IMG/VR virus record: IMGVR_UViG_3300020000_000010
Location: 1 to 64,000 of that record
Source of the DNA: a virus
Strand: one strand, 5' to 3'
DNA: 64,000 nt
A program made the position numbers and the translations under genes. This document shows positions 19,301 through 31,200 of the stretch, one piece after another. Position 1 is the first letter of the stretch, and each line of letters opens with the position of its first letter. The notes beneath the pieces were generated by a model. It saw nothing but the letters and a program-made list of their open reading frames with translations, was not told the origin of the DNA and searched no databases.

Positions 19301-21070
19301 ATATGGTATGGGTTAGTTACTATAACAGGTAATAAATGGGTAGGAGGAATAGATTTTCCTTCAGAACCAGGATTAATAAAGCCTGTAACTTTGACAAGAC
19401 CTAATGTAGTAGATTCCTCTGGTAATTTCTTAGTATCCTATGAAAGATATTTATCTGAACAATATGGAGGTGCTACATATACTGCAAGATCTTTAAACAA
19501 ATATATACCTGTAACTTTTATACCAAAGAGTGCTATAGGTGTTAGTATAATTGATGGTAGTGGGAGTGTAGAAAATATAAGATGCTATGGTGGAGATACT
19601 TATGTAGGACTATATGATAGTGTAAACTATTCATATTATATGGAACCTGTACCTGGTTATGATAAAGCAGGACAGACTAAGAAAGCCTCTGGAGAATTAT
19701 TTCCAGCAGAAGCTCCTTTTAATTTTAATGTAAGAGAAGGACAACATTTTAATGTATCTGCTTCTACAGATGATTTAGATCATACAGAAAGAAGAATTAA
19801 AAGAGCTTTAAGAAGAGCTAAAAGAAGAGCTAAAAGACAAGGACTTGATTTTCAACAAGTAGCAGATATAATTATACCTAAAAGATTCTTATATGATGAA
19901 CATGAGTATGAGGAGATATATCATCAGAATAATAATGTTCAATTATCTTTTCCTACTCCTTTAATAAATCTATTTACAGATACTAATACTAATAGGATCT
20001 ATAAATCTGAACCTAAGATAGATGGAGAATTAATAGATTCTTGGAAACAGTTTAAACCTACTTCCCACATAGATGTAGAAGGAATATATGGGCCTATAAC
20101 AAGTATTCATGTTAATTCTGATAGGTTATATTTCTATCAGAACAATGCTTTTGGTATAGCAACCACTAATGAGAGAGAGTCTGTACAAACAGGTTCTGGA
20201 GTAATGGCTATAGCAAATTCTAAACCTCTTTCTAGATATGATTATATATCTGTAGAAACAGGATGTTTTCATACTTTTGGAGTAGTTAATACTCAAGCAG
20301 GATTATTCCACTTTGATATTAATAAAAAGAAGTTATTTCAGTTTTCAAATGGACTAAATCCAATATCTGATTTAGAAGGACTATCTGGATACTTTAAAAC
20401 TACCCTTTTAAATGGTGATATTAATCTATTAGATACTACTTTAGATACTTTACCTATAGGAATACATGGAGTTTATGATAGTACAAATAATAGAATATAT
20501 TACACTTTTTTAAATAATAATGGAAATTATACTTTAAATTATAATCTCCTTAGTAAATGTTTTGAAAGTTTCCATAGTTTTACTCCAGGATTATATATAA
20601 AAACTTCTAATAGATTATTATCAATAGACCCTTTAAATAAAGATATTTGTTACCAACATAATATTGGAAATTATAATTCTTTTTACGGAGTATTATATCC
20701 TAGTACTATATCCATATTAATTAATGAAAATCCAAGTTCTATTAAAACTTTTGATAATCATTTAATTTTCACAGAAGTAACAGATAATTTAGGAAATAAT
20801 TTAGTTAATGAAACAATAGATCAAATAGAATGCTCTAATGATTATCAAACTTCAGGAGTAGTTAATCTATTGAATAACAATACTATAAGAAGGAAAGATA
20901 GAAAATGGCATTTACAAATACCCAGAGATATTAATCCTTCTGCTTATACTATATTAAAATCCAGATTATCAGATACTTACCTTTTATCTAAATTAATCTA
21001 TAATAATCTTAATGATAGAAGATTAGTTTTACATGATGTTCACACAGACTTTAGAGAAAGTATAACGTAG
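16367..21070 (+). CDS. Tail stabilization/muzzle protein (P22 gp10-like, crAss-like)
   Basis: 1567 aa; NTFYKGIDK start, GYARFEVYRFSLVF..WIGDIKMP, YGGDTYV, KIDGELIDSWKQF, YDYISVETG, FESFHSFTP. Confidence 0.8.
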   Translation: MSDTTNTFYKGIDKNISKQKYNNQSYFHADNIQIVTSDNLSTGAVVTTKGTRLEFNIPSILQTQYENGSEEGTVTIPLQQNLEVIGGVGYDNFVILFTCNDSGYGQVWKVEYDESTGNPIGLVANSLVVSTHLIYNRFLNFRRTNRIKAFIRKEDSKFIRLYWNDMNLNPMRSLNLIGTPAQIIETRVRTIDLNPRINFQLPILKEFLVGDLPNGRIGYFYRLISKDGSITTFSPISNLLDLNNGNENGLYQFYPEDNIKFKNDKAANDAEQRRLEFSSDKAVRCIIPSIDKDYDYIQVGYVLYKIKNVPLLYLMPFDIIQSSDDSLTKKYEFIHSGEEEGIFPITVEEFNILNNTFDSFLDFTPKHNDLYIANIKNSQFDVDYDARAYRFNNSRQSYIYKGDGSQEFFIDGTNPIYPNTTTQATFDAINPYNDENPATNGNWDVTDQYKFQADGITIGGEGLNVKYSFITDEHKVDTDIINPSLFSSYLDVQDAAPFNKVPKGTSLPIDFGISTQTYTGLEKSFDDLKSPYKSSLYEGYARFEVYRFSLVFVSLQGKRSFVKWIGDIKMPSFMDTGFKLDRFDNASNTYYIRSCGIKFEINNIPQNILDNISGIEIRRVLRDDHNQSKLGTGITGGFVKNQTDPLTIDDLFSFVDDTIATLIRNIIGSSGFFSWVPGSDTVFNQISNSIADAITSGIKATLSTEGLFENISKGDFSTLFTNSIGKLGGGGGLFTGIVGIFTGHFGRQIGEWLHEKLGDLFNHKKVGGIDNIVYSLDNAIIPSGGTLPISNEGTIANKNYGYIISPINQFNKYKFRTDDYLVPIASYEYNNATGEYPKYVGVYHRDTNVGLFNRTHSTAKYKKWYKGLYLSSIHRLPIDLENTLDIGEILVPQQLLGLPEGTFVNAYFGRIERLNDAGTFIGGLEKLSVRTLVQGIGDKKHFIKTSVSFPNLIDSTNGIYKNYDQQSLSGVTNKDANNIWYGLVTITGNKWVGGIDFPSEPGLIKPVTLTRPNVVDSSGNFLVSYERYLSEQYGGATYTARSLNKYIPVTFIPKSAIGVSIIDGSGSVENIRCYGGDTYVGLYDSVNYSYYMEPVPGYDKAGQTKKASGELFPAEAPFNFNVREGQHFNVSASTDDLDHTERRIKRALRRAKRRAKRQGLDFQQVADIIIPKRFLYDEHEYEEIYHQNNNVQLSFPTPLINLFTDTNTNRIYKSEPKIDGELIDSWKQFKPTSHIDVEGIYGPITSIHVNSDRLYFYQNNAFGIATTNERESVQTGSGVMAIANSKPLSRYDYISVETGCFHTFGVVNTQAGLFHFDINKKKLFQFSNGLNPISDLEGLSGYFKTTLLNGDINLLDTTLDTLPIGIHGVYDSTNNRIYYTFLNNNGNYTLNYNLLSKCFESFHSFTPGLYIKTSNRLLSIDPLNKDICYQHNIGNYNSFYGVLYPSTISILINENPSSIKTFDNHLIFTEVTDNLGNNLVNETIDQIECSNDYQTSGVVNLLNNNTIRRKDRKWHLQIPRDINPSAYTILKSRLSDTYLLSKLIYNNLNDRRLVLHDVHTDFRESIT

Positions 21071-21118
21071 AATATTATAGTTTTATTTTGTATATAATAA
21101 TAAATATTAATACCTTTG
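21071..21118 (+). promoter_or_regulatory. Bacteroidota-type promoter with upstream AATATTATAGT box, driving the cargo/RNAP operon
   Basis: AATATTATAGT 21071-21081; TTTG 21087-21090; 20-nt spacer; TACCTTTG 21111-21118; ATG at 21125. Confidence 0.75.
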
Positions 21119-21124
21119 TAGTGT

Positions 21125-23410
21125 ATGCCTGAAGATAAATTTAAACAATACTTACTAGATAAAAAGAAGTGGGAATCTCATTATAATAAAGATCTTGCTC
21201 CTATAGAAGATTGGAAAACAAATTTCTTAAAAGAAAATCCAGATAGTTCTTTTGTAGGACAGAAAGATATTCCTTTATCTTCGGGTTTAATAAATAGAGG
21301 ATTATATATTAATCAAGGAGGAATACCTACTCAGGTTAAACAATTTAATATTAATCCTGTTTCAAGACCTAAACTAGAAGCAGATACTTTAAATCCTATT
21401 ATTCCTAGTATTAATAACCAGGAAAGAGGATTAAGAACTCCAAGTAACTTAAACCCTATTGAAAATAAACCAGATAGTATTCCTTTTACAAAGTTTACTA
21501 CAGGACAGTATAATACTCCTAATGCTCCTTATGGAGAATATATGGATGAAGGAAAAAGAGTTAATGTAACTAAAGATGAAGCCTCTAAAATGGGTTTTAT
21601 TAGAAAGAATGGAGGTTTTATGAGTGGTTATTCTAAAAGTAAAAAATATTATTCTCCTGATCAAAAGGATTATGAATACTTAAAAGGAGTAGGAAGTTCT
21701 GGTATTCAAGGATATTATGATCAAGGAGGAGACCTTAAAGACTACTATAATACTCAATTAACCAAAGATGAAAACCTGGCTAAAGGATTATTATCTACAG
21801 GTTTAGGAGCAGTAGGATCTATCTTTGGAGGCCCAGTAGGAGGAGCAATAGGTTCAACCTTAGGCACAGGAATAGGAAGTTTCTTTAATAGAGGAGGAGG
21901 AATGACTACTGAAAGAAATCCTTATATAGATATAGATTATAAGAGACAACATGATGGTAGTAATAACTTAATTACAGAAATCCCTAAGACTGCTGGAACT
22001 CATGAATCTAATCCTAATAATGGAGTTAATATTTCAAACTATGATAGTTCTGTAGAGGGAAATGAAACAATAGATAATAAAAATAAATTTGTATTTTCAG
22101 ATAGATTATCTCCTAACGGAAGTAAAAGAACTTATGCAAGTTTAACTAAACCTTTAAATAAGAAATTAGATTTTAGAAAAGGAGATAAATTAACCCAAGA
22201 ATATGTACAAATAGAAATGGATAAACTAGCAGAAGATCAAGAGGCTCAAAAGCATCTTATGGATATTATGGATCAAGCTCATAAGTTATATGGAGGGATA
22301 ATGTCTATGGGAGGAGAAATGAAAGATGGAGGTTGGATTAAAGGAGCTATTAATCCCGAACATAAAGGATATTGTACTCCTATGACTAAAGAAACATGTA
22401 CTCCTCATAGAAAGGCTTTTGCTATGAGAGCAAAGGCTCATTTTAAAGACTTAGGAGGTTCTTTATATCCTGATGGAGGTAAACTAGGTAGTAAGAAAAA
22501 AGATCCTTATCAAGAAGAATTAGATGCTTATAGACAAAAACATCCCTGGGAATTTAATCCAGATGGTACTACTAAAATAGCTGAAGATCAAACTTTAAAT
22601 AGAGGTACTAATCCTGCTGGAAATTTTAATGAACCTCTTCCTAAAGGATCTGAAATTCAAAGAAGAGAGCCTATGGAATTAATGAAACCTATTTCTATGG
22701 CAGGAACTAGTGCTAATACTAAATTAAGAACAGATACTAAACCTTTACAGAAAATAGAAGAATCAGGATTAACTAATCCTACTAGTTCTAAATCTTTTAA
22801 AGGTTCTAAAGCTATTCCTTTTGCTCAATTATTAGGCCCAGCTTCTCAAATGTTAACTTCTTTAACCCAAAGAAATAATGATTTATCTAGGTTAAACTAT
22901 AGAACTCCAGAATTTACTCCTATAGATGAAACTTATGCTGCTAATTTAGCACAACAAGGACAAGACAGAATAGCAGCTACTACAGCTAATGCTATTAGAG
23001 GAACAGCAAATGATCAAGGAACTTATTTAGCTGCTTTATTAGCTTCTAATTCAGCAATGTTAGGAAGTCCAAATCAACCTTCTAATCTAGCTTATGATGC
23101 TATGAAAACAAATGTAGCAGGAAGAAATACTAATTCTATGCAAGTAGCAGGAATTAAAAATCAGAATATAGATGAAAGAGAAAAACTTTTAGATAATTCT
23201 AGAGAAGAATTTACAAATGCTTTATATAATGCTGGTGCTACTAGCGGAGGTATTTATAGAGATATTAATCAACCTAAACAAGATAAGGTAAATAATGATA
23301 TATTTACTAAGAATTTTGGTAATGTATTTAGTAACCTAGAACTTAATCCTGATGGAACTATTAAGGTTAAGAAAGTTTCTAAATATGGTGGTAAAATGAA
23401 AAAATGTTAA
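21125..23410 (+). CDS. Internal virion cargo/ejection protein with glycine-zipper TM segment
   Basis: GLGAVGSIFGGPVGGAIGSTLGTGIG; THESNPNNGV...VEGNETI...FVFSDRL; first gene of the RNAP block. Confidence 0.65.
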   Translation: MPEDKFKQYLLDKKKWESHYNKDLAPIEDWKTNFLKENPDSSFVGQKDIPLSSGLINRGLYINQGGIPTQVKQFNINPVSRPKLEADTLNPIIPSINNQERGLRTPSNLNPIENKPDSIPFTKFTTGQYNTPNAPYGEYMDEGKRVNVTKDEASKMGFIRKNGGFMSGYSKSKKYYSPDQKDYEYLKGVGSSGIQGYYDQGGDLKDYYNTQLTKDENLAKGLLSTGLGAVGSIFGGPVGGAIGSTLGTGIGSFFNRGGGMTTERNPYIDIDYKRQHDGSNNLITEIPKTAGTHESNPNNGVNISNYDSSVEGNETIDNKNKFVFSDRLSPNGSKRTYASLTKPLNKKLDFRKGDKLTQEYVQIEMDKLAEDQEAQKHLMDIMDQAHKLYGGIMSMGGEMKDGGWIKGAINPEHKGYCTPMTKETCTPHRKAFAMRAKAHFKDLGGSLYPDGGKLGSKKKDPYQEELDAYRQKHPWEFNPDGTTKIAEDQTLNRGTNPAGNFNEPLPKGSEIQRREPMELMKPISMAGTSANTKLRTDTKPLQKIEESGLTNPTSSKSFKGSKAIPFAQLLGPASQMLTSLTQRNNDLSRLNYRTPEFTPIDETYAANLAQQGQDRIAATTANAIRGTANDQGTYLAALLASNSAMLGSPNQPSNLAYDAMKTNVAGRNTNSMQVAGIKNQNIDEREKLLDNSREEFTNALYNAGATSGGIYRDINQPKQDKVNNDIFTKNFGNVFSNLELNPDGTIKVKKVSKYGGKMKKC

Positions 23411-23411
23411 T

Positions 23412-25295
23412 ATGAGATTTTATAATCCTACTCCTAGACAATATGAGTCTACTTATATAGATCAGAAGTTACCTTATGATTATTTATTAAAAGCTGGACA
23501 ACAGAAACAAAATAAATATGATGAGAATTTAGCAAAAGTTCAAGGACTTAAAAAAGAAATTATAGGACTTCCTATTGATCAAAGAGAAATTGCTGAAAAA
23601 CAGAAACTTATAGATAGTAAAATTAATGATTTTATAGGTTCTATTCCTAATCAAGATTATACTGAACCTGGTTTTCAAAGAAAATTATTACAAACACAAC
23701 AAGAGTTATCTACTATTCAAAGAGAATCTGCTAAAGCTTATTCTCAAAGACTGAAAGATGTTGAAGGATTAAAAGAACAAATATCTAAAACAACTGATCC
23801 TAACTATAAACAACATCTTGCTACTCAGTTAAAAGAATACTATAATCCTAATGGAGATCCTAATCTTGCTGCTAACTATAATGAACAAACAGGTACTTAT
23901 AATCCTGCTAACCAATTATCTCATTTTGATTATAGAAAAAGACCAGAGATAGATAAAGATTTAATAGATATTACCAAGAGTATTAATGAAGATAAAAAGT
24001 CTTGGTTAAGTAATACAGGGCAGACTATAGATCAATTTCATACTTCTTTAGCTAAAGGCTCTACTGAATTTATTAGTAGAAGCAAAGGAATTCAAAGTTT
24101 ATTAGCAAAATCTGGAGATGAGGATATGATTAAATCTTTATTAATACAAAAGAATCCAGATATATCTCCAAAAGAGTTAGATGCTTTATCTTCTTTAGAA
24201 TTACAACATAATAAAGTAGTAGATAAAAACGGTAATTTTATAGGATTTAATACTAGTACTTTTTCAGGTAAAGAATTACAATCTGCTTTAGATGCTGCTG
24301 TATATACTAAAAAGGATATTGATAGAAATATAATACAAGATCCTTTAGCTAATGCTAAACATCAAGAAGAATTGGCTAGTAAAACTACTTCTAGTCAATC
24401 AGAATCTTTAGCAAATACTGGATTAGCAGATATTACAAAAGATTTAGAATTTGATTCTAAAGGTAATTTAAAAGCAGATACTAAGAAAACTACTGTTAAA
24501 AGAGGTGGTTATGATGAATTTGGAGTTTATGATCCTAATAGAATAGATTATAAAGATACTGGAGAGATGGATCTTAATAAACTAGCAGAACATGTTAAAA
24601 TAGTTAAATCTATACAAGATAATCATCCAGAATTACAAGGATTAACGCCTAAGAAAACTGTAGAGGCTTATAGAAAAGCACAAACATCCTTAGCACAAGA
24701 ATCTATTCCTTTAAAATCAGTAAGTAATCAATTTGCTTTAGGTAAAGGAGATGCTATTGCTAGAAATAAAACACAAAGAAACTTCTATTTATATGATGGA
24801 AAAGAAAAAACCTTAGATGGTCAATTATCTACTGTTTTAGATAAACTAGGAATAGAAGAAAAAGATTTTGATAAAGCTCTTGAAAAAGGTATATCAGGAT
24901 ATACTCAAGCCGGGCCTAGCGCAGGTTCTTATTATTTAGAAGTCAAAGATTCTGATGGTAACTCAAGAAGGGTTATGATTTCTCCAGATAATGAAATGAA
25001 GAAAATATTTACTGCTTCTCAAGTAATTAATGATGCTAGAAAAACTCTTTCTAAACAAGTAGTTACACCTTATGAAGATCATCCAGATATTAAGATATTA
25101 GTAAACCCAACTATTCAAAAAGATGGTACTACTAAATGGCAATATGTAAAATTAAGATTAGATAATAATGGAAATCCTATAGAATTAGAACCTACTACTT
25201 TAGAAGAAATTAGAAAAGAAGAAAATGAGGCTTTAAAAGAGTCTGGTTATCTTGGAACAGAAGTAGGAATTTTAAAACCACATCAAGCAGAATAA
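23412..25295 (+). CDS. Internal virion cargo/ejection protein
   Basis: MRFYNP...Y...LPYD.L......KQ.KYD N-terminus; sits between the cargo and RNAP genes. Confidence 0.55.
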   Translation: MRFYNPTPRQYESTYIDQKLPYDYLLKAGQQKQNKYDENLAKVQGLKKEIIGLPIDQREIAEKQKLIDSKINDFIGSIPNQDYTEPGFQRKLLQTQQELSTIQRESAKAYSQRLKDVEGLKEQISKTTDPNYKQHLATQLKEYYNPNGDPNLAANYNEQTGTYNPANQLSHFDYRKRPEIDKDLIDITKSINEDKKSWLSNTGQTIDQFHTSLAKGSTEFISRSKGIQSLLAKSGDEDMIKSLLIQKNPDISPKELDALSSLELQHNKVVDKNGNFIGFNTSTFSGKELQSALDAAVYTKKDIDRNIIQDPLANAKHQEELASKTTSSQSESLANTGLADITKDLEFDSKGNLKADTKKTTVKRGGYDEFGVYDPNRIDYKDTGEMDLNKLAEHVKIVKSIQDNHPELQGLTPKKTVEAYRKAQTSLAQESIPLKSVSNQFALGKGDAIARNKTQRNFYLYDGKEKTLDGQLSTVLDKLGIEEKDFDKALEKGISGYTQAGPSAGSYYLEVKDSDGNSRRVMISPDNEMKKIFTASQVINDARKTLSKQVVTPYEDHPDIKILVNPTIQKDGTTKWQYVKLRLDNNGNPIELEPTTLEEIRKEENEALKESGYLGTEVGILKPHQAE

Positions 25296-28200
25296 TGCCT
25301 ATAAATTTAAAAGATATTATAATTGGTGAGAAAAAACCAATAGAATCTAATTTATCCTTTACCAAGATACTTAGAGAAAGTCCTGATAAAGGAGAATCTA
25401 CAGATATTCAATTAGGACAATATGGAGTAAGTAACTCACAATATGATACTAATGTTACTCCTGAAAATGTTAAGAATCTTGAGGAGATTAGAGCAAATAA
25501 ACAATCTACTTGGGATAAAGCAGGAAATGGTTTAGCAAATCTTGCAGGAAGAACTATTACCTCTGGAGCAGAAGGAATATTAAATCCCTTTATAGGTACT
25601 TTTAATGCTATTAAAGATGGTCAACTAAGTTCATACTATGATAATCCTTTTACTAGAACTTTAGAGGAAGTAGATAAGCAAATTAAAGAACAAGTTCCTT
25701 TCTATTCTAGTAATCAAGAGAAGGAAGCACATGGTTTTGAGAAACTACTTTATGGAAATACTCTATGGAGAGATGTTCTTGATGGAGTAGGATATTCTTT
25801 AGGAGCTATTGCAGGAGGAGGAGTATATAGTAAAGTCTTTCAAGGATTGGCTAAAATGTCTGCTGTAGGAAAAGCAGGAGAGTTTATAGATAAACTACAC
25901 AATATAGAAAATGCTTCTGATAAACTTAAATATATTGAAGGAGTAAATACTACTAATAAGATTAAAGATGGTGCTCAGAATGGAATTATAGCAGGATTAG
26001 GAGCTATGGCAGAATCTGGGGCTAATGCTAGAGGAGATAAAGATGAATTCATTAGAAATATGACTAATGAAATTACTAAAGGCACTAGAGAATTAACAGA
26101 AGAAGAATCTAAACATGTTCAAGATTTAGCAGATGAAGTAGGAAATACTTCTTTTGCTTTGAATATGCCTATAATTATGTTAGACAACTGGATTACTTTT
26201 GGTAAATCAGTATTTGGTAATAAGTTAACAGATAAGCTAAACCTTAAGGAACTAGGAGAAGGATTAGTAAAAAAAGATGGTAAATATGAGGCTATTAAAG
26301 GAATAGTAGATAAATCTTATGGTACTAGAAAATTTATAGAACCAATTATTTCTGAAGGATTCTTTCAAGAGCAATCTCAATATGGTATTACTAAAGGTAC
26401 TAATGATTACTATAAGAAGAAATATTATAATCCAGAAGCAGCAGATTTTATAGATTCTTTTGGAGAAGGAGTATATCAGGCTTATGGAACTAAAGAAGGA
26501 TGGGATCAAGGAATTATAGGAGCTTTATCTGGTGGATTAATGGGTAATGCTACTACTTTAATAACTGAAGGTACTAAAGCTTATGTAGATCCTAATAACT
26601 ACCAAGCAGCAGCTAATTCGTTAAACAATCTACCTACTAAAAAGATATACACAGATCTTATAGATAAGGCTATGAGACATGGTAATCTAGTAAAAGAACA
26701 GAAAGAATCTCTAGATAATAATGATACTTTTAGTTATGAAAATGCTAAAAATGATGATTTTATAAATTATGCTTTTACTAAGATTTCTTATGGTAAAACT
26801 GATGATCTTATAAAACAATTAGAAGAATATAAAGGAATGTCTGAAGAAGAGTTTAAATCAAACTTTGGAACTACTATAGACTATAATGAGTTTACTAAAA
26901 ATAAACAATCTATAACTCAATTTATTGAAGATAAGATTAATAAGGTTAAAGATGTACAAAGAGCTTATAGTATTATAGATGAGAGATTTCCAGATGCTTC
27001 AGAAGGAAATAAAGAAAGATTAGCTTATGCTTCTCTAACAATAGATAATTCTAGACAAAGAAAAAATAAGTTAGGCCAGGAGGTTAATCAAGTATTATCT
27101 GGCTATCATCCTAGTTTAGGTTTTGTAGAACAAGATCCTATTTTAGCTTCTAACTATAGTACTTTAAATACTAATGAAAAGAAGAAATATGTAAAAGCTT
27201 TAGATAAATCAGGAGTTCTAAATCCTATGGATAAAGATACTATATTAGAGAAGTTAGATGATATAGATAAACTAGAAGAAAGGGAATTACAGTTTGTTAA
27301 AGAATATAAGGAACTATCTAAAGATCATGTACAAAAAGCCAATGATATAGTAGATAATGAAGTTAAAAAAAAAGTTAATAAAGCAGTAAATAATCCAGAA
27401 GAAAAACCACCTATAGATACAAAAAAGGGAAAGGTAGAAAAACCTAAACCAGTTTCTTCTAATACAGTAATTACTGAAAAACCAGAACTTAATATAGATA
27501 ATTTTGTTTATGATATTATTAATGGAAATATAGACAAATCTCCAGAAGCAATAGAATTTTATCAGAATAATAAAGAAGAAATAGAAAAAAGATTAGTAGA
27601 AGAAAGAGCTAAACCAGTAGAAGTAACACAGAGTTTAGATGATTTATTAAAAACTATTAAAAAATCTATTCCTGAAGAAACTAAAGGTATTTTTCCTACT
27701 ATAAGTAATAGTAATGAAATAAGAATAGAAAAGGGATTATCTACTGAAAAAGAGATTCTAGATGTACTTCTTCCTATGATTAAAAAAGGAGAAGACTTTA
27801 ACAAATATATAAAGTTAAAAAAGGTTAAATCAAGATATGATAAAACTATAAATATTGTATTAGTTAATCTTAAAACTCCTGAAGGAATAGAGCTTAAATT
27901 AGGAAATATACAAAGTCCTGATAAAATAAAAGATGAACAAATAAAGAAGTTATATGATTCTTTAACTCCAGAAAAAGAATATTCTCAAGAAGATTTACAA
28001 AAGATGGGAGTTTCTTTTACTTTAAGTAAAGGAGAGTTTGATTATTTAACTGAAGAAAATATAGAAGGTACTTTAGTAAAAGATATTACTTATCCTATGA
28101 AAGGGGAGTATATTATAGATACTGAAGGAGAAAAAGCTATTGTAGGTTCTGCTTTTAAGCCTAAAGATTTTTTAGAAACTGTAAAAAATATTCCAAAAAA

Positions 28201-31200
28201 TAAAGATGGTTCTAGTTTAGGAAGATATATATTAGTTATACCAGAAGAAACTGGAAATAGATTTGTTGCTGTTTATCCTACTAAATTAAAAGCAATTAAA
28301 GAGATAGAACCTTTATTTAAAGAATTTCAGAATAAAGCCTTACAACTTAAAAAAGAACCTAATGAAAGTAAAAGAAAGGAACTTGCTTCTGAATTTAATA
28401 GTTCTATAAAATCTAAATATTATATTGGTTTAAAAGGACAACCTGGAACTTTATTTAGTTTAGAGGTTTCTCCTGATGGAAGTATAAGATTAGTTACTGA
28501 AATTAAAGTAGGTGAGAACCTAGTAAAAGCAGATAAACCAATATATGTAGATAATATAAATAAAGAGGATTATACTTTTGATAATCTATTAAGAGATCTT
28601 AATAAGAAACTAAAAAATGTTACTTTAACTACAGATTCTTTCAAAGTTTATTTAGCTAAAGATGCTACTACTATTCCAAAGAATAAGATAGGAGAGAATT
28701 TTACAACTTTCTTAACTCCAGAATTGGTTAAAAATAGAAATCTTAAAGTTCTATTTGATCAAGAGTTTAAACAAGAATCTGAAGTTCCTAAAGAAGAACC
28801 TAAAGTTAAAACCTTAGTTTCTAAGGAAGTAAAAGAACAACCTATAGAAAGTAGAATAAAAGAATTAGAAGAAAAAAGAAAAACTGCTAAAGGAGTTGAA
28901 AAAGCTAAACTAACTAAAGAATTAAATAAGTTAAAGAAAGATATTGGTTTTCAGGACTTTGAAGAAGCTGCTGAGAAAATAGGAACTAAAACTGAAGAAG
29001 TTTTATCTCAAGAAGAAATTTCTTGGTTAAAAGATAATTTACCAGACTTTATTAAGATAGATGATATTAGTAATATTAAACTAAGACTTAATAAGTTAGG
29101 AACTACTTGGGGAGCTTTTAAAGATAATATAATTTATCTAAATCAAAATGCAGGTAAAGGAACAGGATACCATGAAGGATTCCATGCTATCTTTAGAAGC
29201 CTTCTAACAGAGGATCAGATATCTTTATATACTAAACTAGCCAAGAAAGAAATGAATCTTTCTAAAGCAGAATTAAACACTAAAATTAATGATATTAAAG
29301 AAAGACATCCTTCTCTTAATAATCAACAATTAGAAGATTTGGTTTATGAGGAATATTTAGCAGATAAATTTGCAGATTGGAAAGTTAATAAAGGAACTTC
29401 TACTAATTCTATATTTAAATCATTCTTTAAGAAAATACAAGATTTCTTTAAGTGGTTGTTTAACATTGATGAATCTTTAGAATCCTTATTTGATAATATA
29501 GATAGAGGAGTATTTAAATCTAGTATTCAACAAGAAAATAAATTTACTTCTATTAACAAACCTGTATATAAAGCTTTACCTGCTAGTCCTAAAACAGAAA
29601 TAGATCCTATTACTGGAAAAGAATTTAATACCAGAAGATTTCTACCTAGTACTAGAAGTACAGAGATTATAAATACATTTGCTGCTAAACTAAAGAGAGC
29701 TAGTGAGATAAAGGAAAATAAGGGAAGACCTATGCCTGAAGTTTTATTAGAATTGATTGATAGTAGGATTCAGAGAATGTTTTCAGAAGAAACAGATAAT
29801 TATTTAGAAAGTTTACCAGAAGTTCAAAAAACTCTTTTGGAAGAAAAGAGAGATGATGAATTTTGGGCTATTACAGAAGGTGTAGAAATCCTTAAAGAAC
29901 AAATCTTTAAAAAGATTAATTCTATTAAACCTACTGAAGAAATGGATGCTAACCATGATGATCAGGGAACACAATTAATGATTTGTGATTCTTGGACTAT
30001 AGGAGGTGAAGAATCTTTATCTGTAATAGTAAGAGATTGGATGGAATTTAGTACCTATAAAAAACTTGATGAAATTACAGGATCTTTAGAAGATTTTGCT
30101 ATAGATTCTAAGTTTGCTTATAATGGATTAACTAGAGGTTTAGCAGGATTAGAAGAATCTGATATTCTTCCAAGAATGATTGCTTTATCAGAAGATAATG
30201 ATAATATTAATGGAGTATTACAATTATTACTTCAAGATACAGGAATGACTATTGATGAAGTTGGTAAATTAACAGAACCTACTAAAAATCACAATTTAGT
30301 AAGGATGTTAATAGTATCTTTTAAGAAATATAAAGCTAACCAATTATTTAGTGAATTAGAACCTATATTTGGAAAAGATGGATTTTTAGATGGTTTTGAA
30401 ACAAAAGTATATAATGCCAATACTAATGATCCTAAGAAAATACAAATTTCTAGTTGGTCGGAAGAATTTGAAAAAGTAAAAGATAAAAAGGAATTTTTAA
30501 AAGATACTACTTCTGAAATATCTCAATTATTTAGATCAGAAGATACTTTTAAATCAGAAGAAAGTATTAAAGAAAATACTAAAAAAATACAATCTTTATT
30601 TAAACAATTAGGAATTGATTTAAGTTCTGGATATATTAGATATTCTCTATACAAAATTATAGAAAATGAAAATATATTAACAGAAAAACAAAAGACTTTT
30701 ATGGATTCTTTTATAGAAGTTGTTCCAATTAATCCTAATGAAGTTTTTGGAGTTATTAAAAACCTAATAGACAAAGAGATAGATTGGTATTCTGATGAAG
30801 GTATCTTAGGAAGATTGTCAGATCTAGCAGAAAATAATGCAGTATTTGATGAAACTATAGGAAACTCTTCTTTCAAAAATGCAGATGGAGAAACTGTTTG
30901 GGATATTATTCACGGAAGTTATGTTCTAGAAGAAATAACTAGAATAAATAATGAAGCTTATAGAAGCTCTCTAAAGGATGATAATTTCATTAAGCATAAC
31001 TTACTACTAACAAAGTATGATAAGTTCTTAAACACTCTTAAAATTAATATTACAGATGGTCTAAGAGATACTTCTAAAGATGGTACTTCAGAATCTAAAG
31101 AAGGTAAGGTATTTGGAGATTTTACAGAAAGAGAATATTTATTAAATGTTCTTGCTTATTTTGCTGAACAGAAGCAACTTAAGGGAGAAACTCATCCTTC

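Noticed and set aside
29100-29400. Zincin HEGFH domain in the RNAP polyprotein as a novelty
   Set aside because: Real, but already a known feature of crAss-like RNAP-block proteins.
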